Origin: a virus
Taxonomy: Duplodnaviria; Caudoviricetes
DNA length: 64,000 nt
Virus record (IMG/VR): IMGVR_UViG_3300032254_000001
Span: 96,001 to 160,000 of that record
Strand: one strand, 5' to 3'
In this document: positions 28,772 through 38,135 of the stretch, piece after piece
How the letters are laid out: the number at the start of each line of letters is the position of its first letter
Numbering within the stretch: position 1 is the first letter of the stretch
Translations under genes and position numbers: made by a program
Notes under the pieces: model-generated
What the model saw: only the letters and a program-made list of their open reading frames with translations
What the model was told of the DNA's origin: nothing
The model's database searches: none

Positions 28772-30343
28772 CTATGAATAACTAACGCGGCCCTTGTTCT
28801 TATAACCCCAATAAATTATTAGTACAGTTATAAGCACAATGCCAACGAATGTTGGGTGCATGAGCAAGTTATTGCCTTCTTTCAATGCAAGGTCTATTTT
28901 GCCCTGCCCAACATGATAACCGAAAAGTTCTTTCAGTTTTATTAATGGATAGCCACCGACATTAAATAATTGAAATGTCTGTGTAGCTAGCCCTTCTATT
29001 TTGTATCCTAACATGAATCCAATCATCATTGCTGGTCTACTAAACTCAAATTTCTTCATAAACAGGCCTAAGGCCGTAAATATGAATAACAGTATAACAT
29101 TTTCTACTCCAAATGTCGAGTAGCTACTGTTGTAGGTTGCCCAAACTATTGCCAATAGTATAAAGGGAAAGTAGTATTTAAACGGTACGTAGGCAATGCG
29201 GGAAATATACTTGATCAAAAACAAACACAATACGCCTGTGAGTGCTGTTGCTGCTATAAATCCAAAGCTTAATGCAGTAAAGAACTGACCATCAGCTAGT
29301 ACGCTGTCGCTGTCTAGTGTAAGCTCAAAACCTATTGCACCAAACAATCCTACAATAACCGCAGCAAACGGAGCACCCGGAATACCAAATAATACAGTGG
29401 GTATCATACTCGTTGCTTTCTGTGCGTTGTTACTGCCTTCTGGTCCAATAACACCTTTAATGTTACCGTTGCCAAATTTCTCTTTTGGGTTAGCTGCCAC
29501 AGTTGCACCATATGACAACCAGTCACTGACACTACCACCTATGCCGGGTAGGAACCCAACTACACTTCCTATTATGCCTCCGCGCAACGACGACTTCCAT
29601 TCCTTAAACGATACTTTAATCCCGTCTATCACTTGTTGTCTATTATCTGCTGCATATTGTTTGCTAACGGTCGAAGCCCTGAACAGCATAAGGATCATCT
29701 CTGGCATTGCAAATAAGCCTGCCATTATGGGCACCATTGGTATGCCACGTCCCCCGTCACCTTCTAGAAATTCAAAACCTAATGTAAAGCGCGGTGCGGC
29801 TGTAATAGGATCTGTTCCTACTAAGCTAAGGAATATACCTCCACACAATGCAGCGAGTGAGAAGAACCATTTACCATTTGCAACAAAGGTAACAGTTACG
29901 AATGCCATTATACAAAATGCAAATAACTCTGCTTGTCCTACTCCACCTTGCGTTGCTGGAAGCAGTAAGAAGTCTTTGTAGAACGGTAGCAATAAAAATG
30001 TTAAGCTACCGAATATTAATCCATTAACTGTAGACGTTGTTATTGCTGCCGATAATGCATAGCTTGACTTGCCTTGCTGTGCTAACGGGAACCCGTCTAC
30101 CATTGTTGCTGCCGAACTGTTAGCACCTGGTATTCCGAGTAACACAGATGCAAATGTATCACCTGTTGTACTTGCTGCTACTACTGCCATTACGAATACA
30201 ACACCAAGGTATGGGTCTACAGCTTGCAACATCACTATAAAAGGAAACAATGCTACCAGACCAGTAGTCGCTCCAGCAGCTGGTATAACTCCTATTATTA
30301 ATCCGTATAATGTGCCAACGAATAAAGCTAATAAGTACATCAT
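28772..30343 (-). CDS. tctA: Tripartite tricarboxylate transporter large membrane subunit
   Basis: About 12 TM; LLGIPGANSSAATMVDGFPLA, PGIGG, GPEGSNNA, LFGIPG. Confidence 0.88.
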   Translation of the reverse strand: MMYLLALFVGTLYGLIIGVIPAAGATTGLVALFPFIVMLQAVDPYLGVVFVMAVVAASTTGDTFASVLLGIPGANSSAATMVDGFPLAQQGKSSYALSAAITTSTVNGLIFGSLTFLLLPFYKDFLLLPATQGGVGQAELFAFCIMAFVTVTFVANGKWFFSLAALCGGIFLSLVGTDPITAAPRFTLGFEFLEGDGGRGIPMVPIMAGLFAMPEMILMLFRASTVSKQYAADNRQQVIDGIKVSFKEWKSSLRGGIIGSVVGFLPGIGGSVSDWLSYGATVAANPKEKFGNGNIKGVIGPEGSNNAQKATSMIPTVLFGIPGAPFAAVIVGLFGAIGFELTLDSDSVLADGQFFTALSFGFIAATALTGVLCLFLIKYISRIAYVPFKYYFPFILLAIVWATYNSSYSTFGVENVILLFIFTALGLFMKKFEFSRPAMMIGFMLGYKIEGLATQTFQLFNVGGYPLIKLKELFGYHVGQGKIDLALKEGNNLLMHPTFVGIVLITVLIIYWGYKNKGRVSYS

Positions 30344-31050
30344 TGTAATTTCTCCTGCAACCAAATTGGGTGTTTGTCTAACCAGAATTTTACAAAATCT
30401 CTGACTTTATCGGTTGTTTTGTATCCCAGTGGTTCTAGCAATGCAGCTCCTTCTGTTCTAATTATGTCTTTAAGATCTACTGCTAAGTCAGCAGTAATAA
30501 GCTTATCGGGTACACCACACCACAGTCCATTGACATTCATTGAATTCATTGCATCGTCGATGTATGTCTCTGGATTAATGTCTAGTTCTTCTTGTATGTA
30601 CTCTGGCAATGTACTATAATCATCAAAGCCTGTAACATCAGGCCAGGACTTATCTTTGATATTATTATACATTATGTTGAAACATCTATCGGCATGTTCT
30701 TTAAGCCAATACGGTTTATTAAATACAAATGCATGTTTAAATTCTGCTAAGGCCATATGTGTGTCGAAGTCTGTGTAAATTAATATTTGGGGATTAGGGT
30801 TATTATCCCATTCGTCATCGGTGGGACTACATACGAAAAGTACTTTGTTATTTATGTTGGATTTCTCAGTAGCATCATTATCGGGCCAACACTCGGACGA
30901 CTTCCACCTATCTTTAATATCCCAGTGCTTGTCCATTGTAGTAGATTTGTCTTCCTCAAATACACATTCGTAATCTGAGCCTAATATTAGAACCCAGAGA
31001 GCAAAGAAGCCACCGCTTCCACCGTAATAGTTTAATGAAATTGTGCTCAT
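30340..31050 (-). CDS. Hypothetical protein (sulfotransferase-like start, KDxSWP motif)
   Basis: YYGGSGGFF; IKDKSWPD. Confidence 0.45.
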   Translation of the reverse strand: MSTISLNYYGGSGGFFALWVLILGSDYECVFEEDKSTTMDKHWDIKDRWKSSECWPDNDATEKSNINNKVLFVCSPTDDEWDNNPNPQILIYTDFDTHMALAEFKHAFVFNKPYWLKEHADRCFNIMYNNIKDKSWPDVTGFDDYSTLPEYIQEELDINPETYIDDAMNSMNVNGLWCGVPDKLITADLAVDLKDIIRTEGAALLEPLGYKTTDKVRDFVKFWLDKHPIWLQEKLQ

Positions 31051-31655
31051 GGTTTGAACACCGTTACTAGTATATCAGTCCAGTTTTTGATTTCAACATT
31101 GCATTCCTGTCCAAACGTTTCTTGAATCCACTCAGCATTAAACGATGACCACTTTAAGTTTTCTTGGTTTGCGAAACGTAGCATGTGTGAATTCTGCCTT
31201 TGAATTTCAGCTAACATTTTACCAGGGCCTTTGTATGCAGTGTAGTCAGGATAGGTAATATTAAAGCCGCCAGCTTGATGCCACCATTCTAGGCTCGGTA
31301 AGTCTGGTCTGTACACAAGCATGATCCAATCGCCCTGCTTGTAAGATTGGTATAGTTGCACACCTATTAAGTCTGTTGCCCACTCGTGGCTTTTAACTAT
31401 CATGCACCCTGCTTCTGGGTTTGTGTACGCTTCATCTGTGAATGCGCAATTAGCTTCAAACTCCATACCTTCGCCGAAGTACGCGCCCCTGTGTCCGCTG
31501 AAACCACTGTGAGTGTACTCCCTGTGATTCCGTCTGTCTGTAGTGTTCATACCTTCTAACGACTCTATTACCTGTGCAATGCCGCTCCAACGTGAGCCTG
31601 GCACACCTGTGAAAAATATTCTCTTAGGGAGTTTAACCGAAGATTCGTCTGACAT
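31047..31655 (-). CDS. Sulfotransferase-like hypothetical protein
   Basis: FFTGVPGSRWS, VKSH, LVYR pattern. Confidence 0.5.
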   Translation of the reverse strand: MSDESSVKLPKRIFFTGVPGSRWSGIAQVIESLEGMNTTDRRNHREYTHSGFSGHRGAYFGEGMEFEANCAFTDEAYTNPEAGCMIVKSHEWATDLIGVQLYQSYKQGDWIMLVYRPDLPSLEWWHQAGGFNITYPDYTAYKGPGKMLAEIQRQNSHMLRFANQENLKWSSFNAEWIQETFGQECNVEIKNWTDILVTVFKP

Positions 31656-32349
31656 GTTCTGTACCTTTAATGTATTCTAATGCTGCTTTGTGTGCATCTT
31701 CCAATGGATGCCACATAGGGCTAATTTCAAAATCATTTTGTTTGCTCCACTCATGGAAGCCTATCCCATCAAACCAAGTAATATCATCCTTGTGTTGTTT
31801 CTGCAACTGATGTATCAATGGTGTGCTGTGATGCATATCTTTGTAAATGTTTTCATCAATGCATGTTGCGATGTACTGTATATTGTTTAGCTTTAAGTAA
31901 TCTATAATAAGATTAATTGCTTTAAGCGATTCAACTTGATCCCATATAGTGTTGTGTAAGTGTTTATAATACAGCTCATGGTATTCTACATCTTCTGTTC
32001 CTGACGGACGAACAGTGTGCCACTCGTCATTTAAGTCGTTATAAAAATCGTATCTGTTACGCCATGTAAAGTTTACACTTACAATATCGTCTGGGCGTAT
32101 ACGTTGAACATTTTCAAAGAAAGTTCTAACTATAGTTTGATTGCTGCATCCTTGTACAGCAACACATTCGTAATTCAATTCGTGTTCTGCCGCTAGCATT
32201 GCCTGCCATGTACGGCGAGAATATAAATTTGTAAACCTGTTGTGTTTGCGCCATTCGCCTGGCTGAGCCCACCACTCAAAGTCACGCATGGTATCTCCCA
32301 TGTCGGAGCCCCATGTAAAGCTATCGCCAAATGCTATCAGTTTAGCCAT
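31633..32349 (-). CDS. SGNH/GDSL-fold hydrolase or acyltransferase-like protein
   Basis: AFGDSFTWG, GCSN, WHPLEDAH. Confidence 0.7.
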   Translation of the reverse strand: MAKLIAFGDSFTWGSDMGDTMRDFEWWAQPGEWRKHNRFTNLYSRRTWQAMLAAEHELNYECVAVQGCSNQTIVRTFFENVQRIRPDDIVSVNFTWRNRYDFYNDLNDEWHTVRPSGTEDVEYHELYYKHLHNTIWDQVESLKAINLIIDYLKLNNIQYIATCIDENIYKDMHHSTPLIHQLQKQHKDDITWFDGIGFHEWSKQNDFEISPMWHPLEDAHKAALEYIKGTEHVRRIFG

Positions 32350-32573
32350 AAATAAATTAGTCCCGGTATAATAATAAAAAACTGCGGTAAGAAGTTCAGA
32401 AGCAATGCTTTCTGATTCCACCTATATCCTACGTAACACCACCCTGTCGCTCCGATTAGTTGCAAATAACTATTGTAAGGAACAATTCCTAAGACATGGA
32501 AGACCATAGCGATAAGTATAACAACGGCAGAAAGCCACTTAACATAAAAGGTAATTTTATCTTCATCATGCAT
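32337..32573 (-). CDS. Small three-TM membrane protein (DUF6552-like)
   Basis: VKWLS..PYNSYL..GW..VG..W..ALLLN. Confidence 0.6.
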   Translation of the reverse strand: MHDEDKITFYVKWLSAVVILIAMVFHVLGIVPYNSYLQLIGATGWCYVGYRWNQKALLLNFLPQFFIIIPGLIYLWLN

Positions 32574-33101
32574 AATCAACAATTCCTAAACGAGTATTTC
32601 ACTAATACTTGGTGCCCAAGTACAAGCAAGTATATTTACAGTGGTTACGCCATCCTAGATAAAATATCTGAATCGGATACTGTAATTGATGTCGGCTGTG
32701 GAGCGAATCCATTTAAAGGTAAAATCAAAAACCTAACTGGCATTGATCCTACTGATCATGGCGCCGACGTAGTTACCACAATCGAAAACTTTGAAACCCA
32801 AAACACGTACGATGTAGCACTATGCTTAGGTTCTATCAACTTTGGTGACCAGACTATTATAGCAAAACAAATAGAAAAGGTCAATAGTTTACTATCGCCA
32901 AATGCTAAAGTGTTTTGGAGACTTAACCCCGGACAACACGATCACAATAACGAACTATGTCAGCAAATCGACTTCTACCCTTGGTCATTTGCTGAACTAA
33001 ATGAATTCGCTGAACAATACGGATTCGAGCAAATCAATTGCGCCCATGATACAAACGGTAAACATATGCGTTTATATGCTGAATGGACACGAGGAGAATA
33101 A
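32568..33101 (+). CDS. Class I SAM methyltransferase
   Basis: VIDVGCG, YDVALCLGSINFG. Confidence 0.8.
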   Translation: MHNQQFLNEYFTNTWCPSTSKYIYSGYAILDKISESDTVIDVGCGANPFKGKIKNLTGIDPTDHGADVVTTIENFETQNTYDVALCLGSINFGDQTIIAKQIEKVNSLLSPNAKVFWRLNPGQHDHNNELCQQIDFYPWSFAELNEFAEQYGFEQINCAHDTNGKHMRLYAEWTRGE

Positions 33102-33103
33102 CC

Positions 33104-33676
33104 ATGACTGACGACAAACACAAAGAACTTATTAAAACAATATTTGGCACAGACGGGTCTGACAGAGTTAGACGCTGGCAAGGACGCGGTTCATACAAGT
33201 ACAGTCATTATGCTATACTAGATAGAATTAACCCTGACACCGATTCTGTCTTAGACATCGGCTGTGGATCTAATATGTTTTACGGCAAGGTCAAAAACTT
33301 AGTTGCAATTGATCCAGTGCCTTGCTTCGATCCTGCTATTGCTCCATTTGAAGTAACTACACTAGAAGACTTTACAACTACTGAAAAGTTCGATGTTATA
33401 TTATGTCTCGGCTCAATACAGTTCGGATCTCTCGAAACAATAACTGCACAACTTGAAAAAATAAATGCATTAGCAAAACCATCAGCTAAAGTATTTTGGA
33501 GATTCCAACTGCCAAGATCTAATGTTGGACAACCTGAACTTTACTATAACTGGACGTTAGAAAAACTGCAAGAATTTGCAGACTTATACGGATTCACCCA
33601 ACAGGAAGAACATGTTGATGTCCGCTCTGATCCCAACGGGCAACACCCTCGACAGTACGTCGAGTGGGTTAGATAA
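33104..33676 (+). CDS. Class I SAM methyltransferase (paralog of the previous gene)
   Basis: VLDIGCG, FDVILCLGSIQFG, KVFWR; RBS GAGGAG. Confidence 0.8.
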   Translation: MTDDKHKELIKTIFGTDGSDRVRRWQGRGSYKYSHYAILDRINPDTDSVLDIGCGSNMFYGKVKNLVAIDPVPCFDPAIAPFEVTTLEDFTTTEKFDVILCLGSIQFGSLETITAQLEKINALAKPSAKVFWRFQLPRSNVGQPELYYNWTLEKLQEFADLYGFTQQEEHVDVRSDPNGQHPRQYVEWVR

Positions 33677-34225
33677 TTATTTTTTAATTGGTAAGTGTGC
33701 TAGCGTACGAAATGCATTCATTTCGTCGTCAGTACTGTTATAGATATTCTTGTGTGGAATTCCAGAAGCCATACGCATTTCATTTAATCCCATATCGTTA
33801 ATTTCACGATACGTCTGTGGACTAAGAATTAACTCTCTTGCTAGTACTTCTTCATCGAATGCATAATCATTATCGTTGTACGTGATAGTCCAGTCTGCTA
33901 ATTCAAGATCTGTTAGTGTTGCAAAGTCTTCTAACATTTCTTTAAGTTGTTCAATAATCTGTGTGCGGCGTTTAACTTCAACAAATACTAGGTACCTGTT
34001 TGGTTCAATTTCACCTGGTGAACGATCTGCATCTATTACCCAAGGGTAGCCAGTTTCAAACCACTTAACTAAATCTTCTGCTACGACAATATTATGTACG
34101 TAAAAGCTTAACACAATGTACGCATCGTCTTCGCCGACTTTGCTTTTAAACTCGTCAACGTATACAGTTGGCTTAATCATGTCAACACAATCCTTGTACT
34201 CAAGCCCTTCATTTAACTTATTCAT
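33677..34225 (-). CDS. Hypothetical protein
   Basis: 182 aa ORF with LNE-type leader in late operon. Confidence 0.7.
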   Translation of the reverse strand: MNKLNEGLEYKDCVDMIKPTVYVDEFKSKVGEDDAYIVLSFYVHNIVVAEDLVKWFETGYPWVIDADRSPGEIEPNRYLVFVEVKRRTQIIEQLKEMLEDFATLTDLELADWTITYNDNDYAFDEEVLARELILSPQTYREINDMGLNEMRMASGIPHKNIYNSTDDEMNAFRTLAHLPIKK

Positions 34226-34653
34226 TAAAGTTCACCTGTGTGACACCAGTCACCTTTCTTTAAAATTTTAGCAATTTGGTCAACTGACATTGCTTCTGCT
34301 TTATCACCGTAATTGTCTCTTAACCAATCTTCTACGTCGTCGACATATACTTCGCAATTTAAGTACTCGGTACCTGCATTATAAATCTTCTTACGTAAGT
34401 CTGTAGGTTCAGGAGCATCGTACGTCCATTCTATGTGTTGTAACCAACGATTAGCATCCATATCTGAAATCATATGCAAGAACTGTGGTGAATTCTTTTT
34501 AAAATCATTAAGAACTTGTTCAGGACTCAATTCATACCCTGCTAACTCTATTGCCCGGGCAATAAGTCTGAGAGTCCACTCTTCACTTGAATAATCAAGT
34601 GCTTCGGTTAATTTTCTTAATTGTTCTACTTCATTAAGCGAATGGGTTTTCAT
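34225..34653 (-). CDS. Hypothetical protein with KTHSLNEV leader
   Basis: Shares leader with the neighbouring gene. Confidence 0.6.
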   Translation of the reverse strand: MKTHSLNEVEQLRKLTEALDYSSEEWTLRLIARAIELAGYELSPEQVLNDFKKNSPQFLHMISDMDANRWLQHIEWTYDAPEPTDLRKKIYNAGTEYLNCEVYVDDVEDWLRDNYGDKAEAMSVDQIAKILKKGDWCHTGEL

Positions 34654-34982
34654 TTAATAATACCTAAGTCATATGCATAATCAATTAATTCGTCTATTGC
34701 ACTATCATCTTCTCTTTCCAATGCAGACCAATCTTCTACATTGTATCTATCTAGGATATTTTCAGCTTGTAAGTGCCATTTCCTAGCATTACTTTTATTT
34801 GAATTGTCCATACACCAGTCATCGATCTTAGCAATTTGCTCTAGCTCACTTGAATCATCTTCGATATCAGTCATGTGCCTTTGATCAAAACCTGGACCAC
34901 CAATGCCCATTGATTCGTCAACTCGGCTCATTAAGTTTCTTAATTGTGAAACTTCATTAAGCGAATGGGTCTTCTTCAGCAT
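34650..34982 (-). CDS. Hypothetical protein with KTHSLNEV leader
   Basis: 20-bp exact repeat 34628-34647 / 34951-34970. Confidence 0.55.
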   Translation of the reverse strand: MLKKTHSLNEVSQLRNLMSRVDESMGIGGPGFDQRHMTDIEDDSSELEQIAKIDDWCMDNSNKSNARKWHLQAENILDRYNVEDWSALEREDDSAIDELIDYAYDLGIIK

Positions 34983-35550
34983 CTGCTTCTCCTTGGTCTT
35001 CTACTTCAGCGTCAAGCTCTTCTTCGTCGTTGTCAACGTTTGCGTCTTGATCTAAGTCTTCTTCATATCCAAGGTCTAAGTCTTCAAGATCAATTTCTTG
35101 TCCTTCAAGCTCGATACTACCGCTACGTATATCAGCGATAAGATCCTTTGGCATTGTGATTTCAACTAACCATATTGGCATTTCGTCTAGCTTAGGCTTA
35201 TTCATGCCAGGACGGAAATCATCCTCTTCTTCAACTTTACGAGGTACTTTCATTTTAGTCTTTTTGAATTTAACTTTGCAATCAAATGGTAGTAAGCGCC
35301 TAGCACCCTTTGGGTCTGGCATTAAGTGAGCTGGCCACATAAATGTACATGATACAGTGTAGCGAGCAACTTCAGGACCTTCAACTAATTCTCCTAGTAT
35401 CCAGTTCTTAAATGCATACAAGTCGATTTCGTCAAGTACGCCTTCAAAGTCTAATAAGGTGGTTAAGCTACCATCACTCAAGTATATCGTTTTGATAGTA
35501 TCGGCTATCGCCCAGTAATCTGTGTTGTTTGAAAAGAGTTCTTCGTTCAT
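34957..35550 (-). CDS. Hypothetical late protein with acidic tail
   Basis: TAAATA at 35556-35561. Confidence 0.7.
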   Translation of the reverse strand: MNEELFSNNTDYWAIADTIKTIYLSDGSLTTLLDFEGVLDEIDLYAFKNWILGELVEGPEVARYTVSCTFMWPAHLMPDPKGARRLLPFDCKVKFKKTKMKVPRKVEEEDDFRPGMNKPKLDEMPIWLVEITMPKDLIADIRSGSIELEGQEIDLEDLDLGYEEDLDQDANVDNDEEELDAEVEDQGEADAEEDPFA

Positions 35551-35689
35551 AGTGTTATTTATGACTACTTTAAAGGATGTTGAAAATTGAATTCATGTAT
35601 ATTTACCGCCAAAACTAGTCATAATATGTACATATAATCAGTAACCTGACGATCTGGTTAAATAATTTAGTACATAGGAGACAATTACC

Positions 35690-36412
35690 TTGGCAAAACA
35701 AAAGAAAATGGCAAAGAAAAAAGCAGGCAGTGTAGTTAATTTTAACGAAGCTGTGAAGAGTAAAGCAAGGGAAACACAATTAGTACCCAAATCAGTAAAT
35801 CAAGAAAAGTACATATTAAGTTTATTGGACGACCAGCAAGATATAGTTATTGCATACGGTCCAGCCGGAACAGGTAAAACTTACTTAGCAATGCAAGCCG
35901 CTATCAAGAGCTTGCGATCAGGCTTATGCGATCGCATAGTTTTAACAAGACCAGCAGTGGGAGTAGAAGATGAGAAACATGGATTCCTGCCAGGAACTCT
36001 CGAAGAGAAAATGGCGCCATGGACCCGTCCATTACTAGATGTAATGAGAGAATATTATACACCATTTGAAATAACGAGAATGCTAGAAAACCAAACAGTC
36101 GAGATAGCACCCCTAGCGTTTATGCGTGGTCGTACGTTTAAAAACTCGTGGATTATTGGCGATGAGATGCAGAATGCAACTCCAGGCCAAATGAAGATGC
36201 TACTAACCCGCATAGGCGAAGGGAGTAAAATTATAATTACAGGTGATGTCGAGCAGACAGATAAGCGCAAGAAAGAAAATGGGCTTATTGATTTGTGTGC
36301 AAGGCTTCATAATCCAGTAGGTGGAATTTCAACTTGTGAGTTGAATGCTAAAGATATACAGCGCCACAGAATTATTCAAGCTGTGTTAGGAATGTATAGC
36401 GATATAGTTTAA
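35690..36412 (+). CDS. phoH: PhoH family ATPase
   Basis: GPAGTGKT, RPAV, GFLPG, LAFMRGRTF, DEMQN, TGDVEQTD. Confidence 0.95.
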   Translation: MAKQKKMAKKKAGSVVNFNEAVKSKARETQLVPKSVNQEKYILSLLDDQQDIVIAYGPAGTGKTYLAMQAAIKSLRSGLCDRIVLTRPAVGVEDEKHGFLPGTLEEKMAPWTRPLLDVMREYYTPFEITRMLENQTVEIAPLAFMRGRTFKNSWIIGDEMQNATPGQMKMLLTRIGEGSKIIITGDVEQTDKRKKENGLIDLCARLHNPVGGISTCELNAKDIQRHRIIQAVLGMYSDIV

Positions 36413-36445
36413 GTAGTTCGCAGATTTCTAATTAGATAAGTGGAC

Positions 36446-36475
36446 TGGACTAGCATTTAAATTGATGCTAGTCCA
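36446..36475. terminator. Hairpin between convergent genes
   Basis: Perfect 11-bp stem TGGACTAGCAT/ATGCTAGTCCA. Confidence 0.65.
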
Positions 36476-36484
36476 TCTTCTGCG

Positions 36485-36748
36485 TTAAGAGTCTTTTTGG
36501 ATATATTTCTTATGTGCATACATTGCAAATGTTACACCTAGTGCGCCACCTGTGCCAACCCACCAAAACGCAGGCCAACCTATCTGAACTACATATAAAA
36601 TTAATGCAATTTCAGAAAATGCGATTCCGTAACTTGTTATTATTGCCCACCAATAATATTTGTGAATAACATTCTGTTGCTGGAACGATCGCAATGCCAC
36701 TAAACAAAATATAGCGAGCATTGTTAATAAGCCGCTACTCAGACTCAT
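36485..36748 (-). CDS. Small three-TM membrane protein
   Basis: Three hydrophobic helices. Confidence 0.65.
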   Translation of the reverse strand: MSLSSGLLTMLAIFCLVALRSFQQQNVIHKYYWWAIITSYGIAFSEIALILYVVQIGWPAFWWVGTGGALGVTFAMYAHKKYIQKDS

Positions 36749-37064
36749 TTACATCTTCTTTAGCATCGTTAATAATAGTGCCTACCATTTCCTTTGCTGC
36801 TTCAAGCACTTCGTACTTTGCTTCTAGTTGGGCAATCATTTCTGGATAATGGCCTTTGTAGAAGTTATTAATTGTGTCGAAGTCTCTGCCCTTTTCGTTA
36901 CCCAATTCACCTTGGAACCTTGACTTAACTATTTTACGAGTCTCGTAGTCAATGATAACTGATGCTGACTCGCTATCTCTTTTTCTAATCTTAGTGTCAA
37001 GCTTAACGCTTTCGTTATACTTGCCGCCTGGTTGTTGGAAATAAGTTACTAAAAAATATCTCAT
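36735..37064 (-). CDS. Hypothetical protein
   Basis: Directly downstream of the clamp loader gene. Confidence 0.65.
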   Translation of the reverse strand: MRYFLVTYFQQPGGKYNESVKLDTKIRKRDSESASVIIDYETRKIVKSRFQGELGNEKGRDFDTINNFYKGHYPEMIAQLEAKYEVLEAAKEMVGTIINDAKEDVNESE

Positions 37065-37987
37065 GATTGTCCTTGTACTAACTCTATTAATGTAGCTGCT
37101 AAGTTTATTTCTGGATCAGCAACTAATGTATGATTTACTAAACCTGTGCGAATAGTTAAGATAGCTGCATCCTGCTGCTCAGCTGTTTCGCCCCATAAGT
37201 CAAGTGATTCATACATCCATCTGTACACGCCTTCTATTTCTTCTGGACGTATACTTGCACATACTACTTCACGTGCTTTTGTGTACTGCTGTTTCTTTAA
37301 CAAATCAATTACAGCAACTTTCCAATCATCGCCTGCGCCTTCGTCGCCAGCGTGTGGCTGTGCTAGTGTATTAGTAGTACTGTTCATCTGTACTAGATTT
37401 AAACACTTACGGAGGTCTGGGTATGTTGCCTTAACATAGTTGTCAAGTGTATCGATATCAAATTCAATTGTTTCTGTAATTAATATCTCAGCAACCCTTG
37501 CAGTGAATTCAGTTTGGTCAATCTTATCAATATGGAAACCCTGGCAACGTGAATGCAATGGTCCGATAATCTTGTTTGGGAAGTTACACGTCATTATGAA
37601 ACGTGCTGTCTGTGCGTACTTCTCCATTAACCCACGCAATACTGCCTGTGCGCTCGGTGTAAGATAATCAGCTTCGTCTAGCAATACAACTTTAAAGTCA
37701 CCAAATGGCATTGTCTGTACAAAGCCTTCAATCGTAGTACGAATGTATTCAACGTTATTGTCGCGACTAGCATTGATTTCTTTTACATCGTAGCTGTCAA
37801 CACCGCATTGGTTAATTAGAATTTTTGCAAGTGTAGTCTTACCAGTACCAGCAGGTCCACTGAATAGTAAATGTGGAATAGCTTTTTCATCAATCCACGT
37901 TTGGATTTGCTTCTTTTGTTCTTGATCCCTAAACACATATCCTTCGACTGTGTCTGGTCTATATTTTTCTGTCCAAAGTTCTTTCAT
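37061..37987 (-). CDS. Clamp loader AAA+ subunit (gp44/RFC-small-like)
   Basis: WTEKYRP, GPAGTGKTT, EINASRD, DEAD, HSRC. Confidence 0.93.
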   Translation of the reverse strand: MKELWTEKYRPDTVEGYVFRDQEQKKQIQTWIDEKAIPHLLFSGPAGTGKTTLAKILINQCGVDSYDVKEINASRDNNVEYIRTTIEGFVQTMPFGDFKVVLLDEADYLTPSAQAVLRGLMEKYAQTARFIMTCNFPNKIIGPLHSRCQGFHIDKIDQTEFTARVAEILITETIEFDIDTLDNYVKATYPDLRKCLNLVQMNSTTNTLAQPHAGDEGAGDDWKVAVIDLLKKQQYTKAREVVCASIRPEEIEGVYRWMYESLDLWGETAEQQDAAILTIRTGLVNHTLVADPEINLAATLIELVQGQS

Positions 37988-38010
37988 TTATATTATTCTC
38001 TCTATGATAT

Positions 38011-38039
38011 ATTATACTATAACTTATTAAATAAGTCTA
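38011..38039 (-). promoter_or_regulatory. Sigma70-type promoter
   Basis: TAGACT-17 bp-TATAAT. Confidence 0.65.
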
Positions 38040-38077
38040 CGTCTTTTGAATCTATTGTGTCAACATTCTACAGCCGT

Positions 38078-38122
38078 AAAAAACCTCCGCGTGAATAATT
38101 ATACATTTATTCACTGCGAAGG
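38078..38122 (-). terminator. Rho-independent terminator
   Basis: Long stem including GTGAATAA/TTATTCAC, followed by a T-tract on minus strand. Confidence 0.65.
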
Positions 38123-38135
38123 TCAAACTGTTAGG

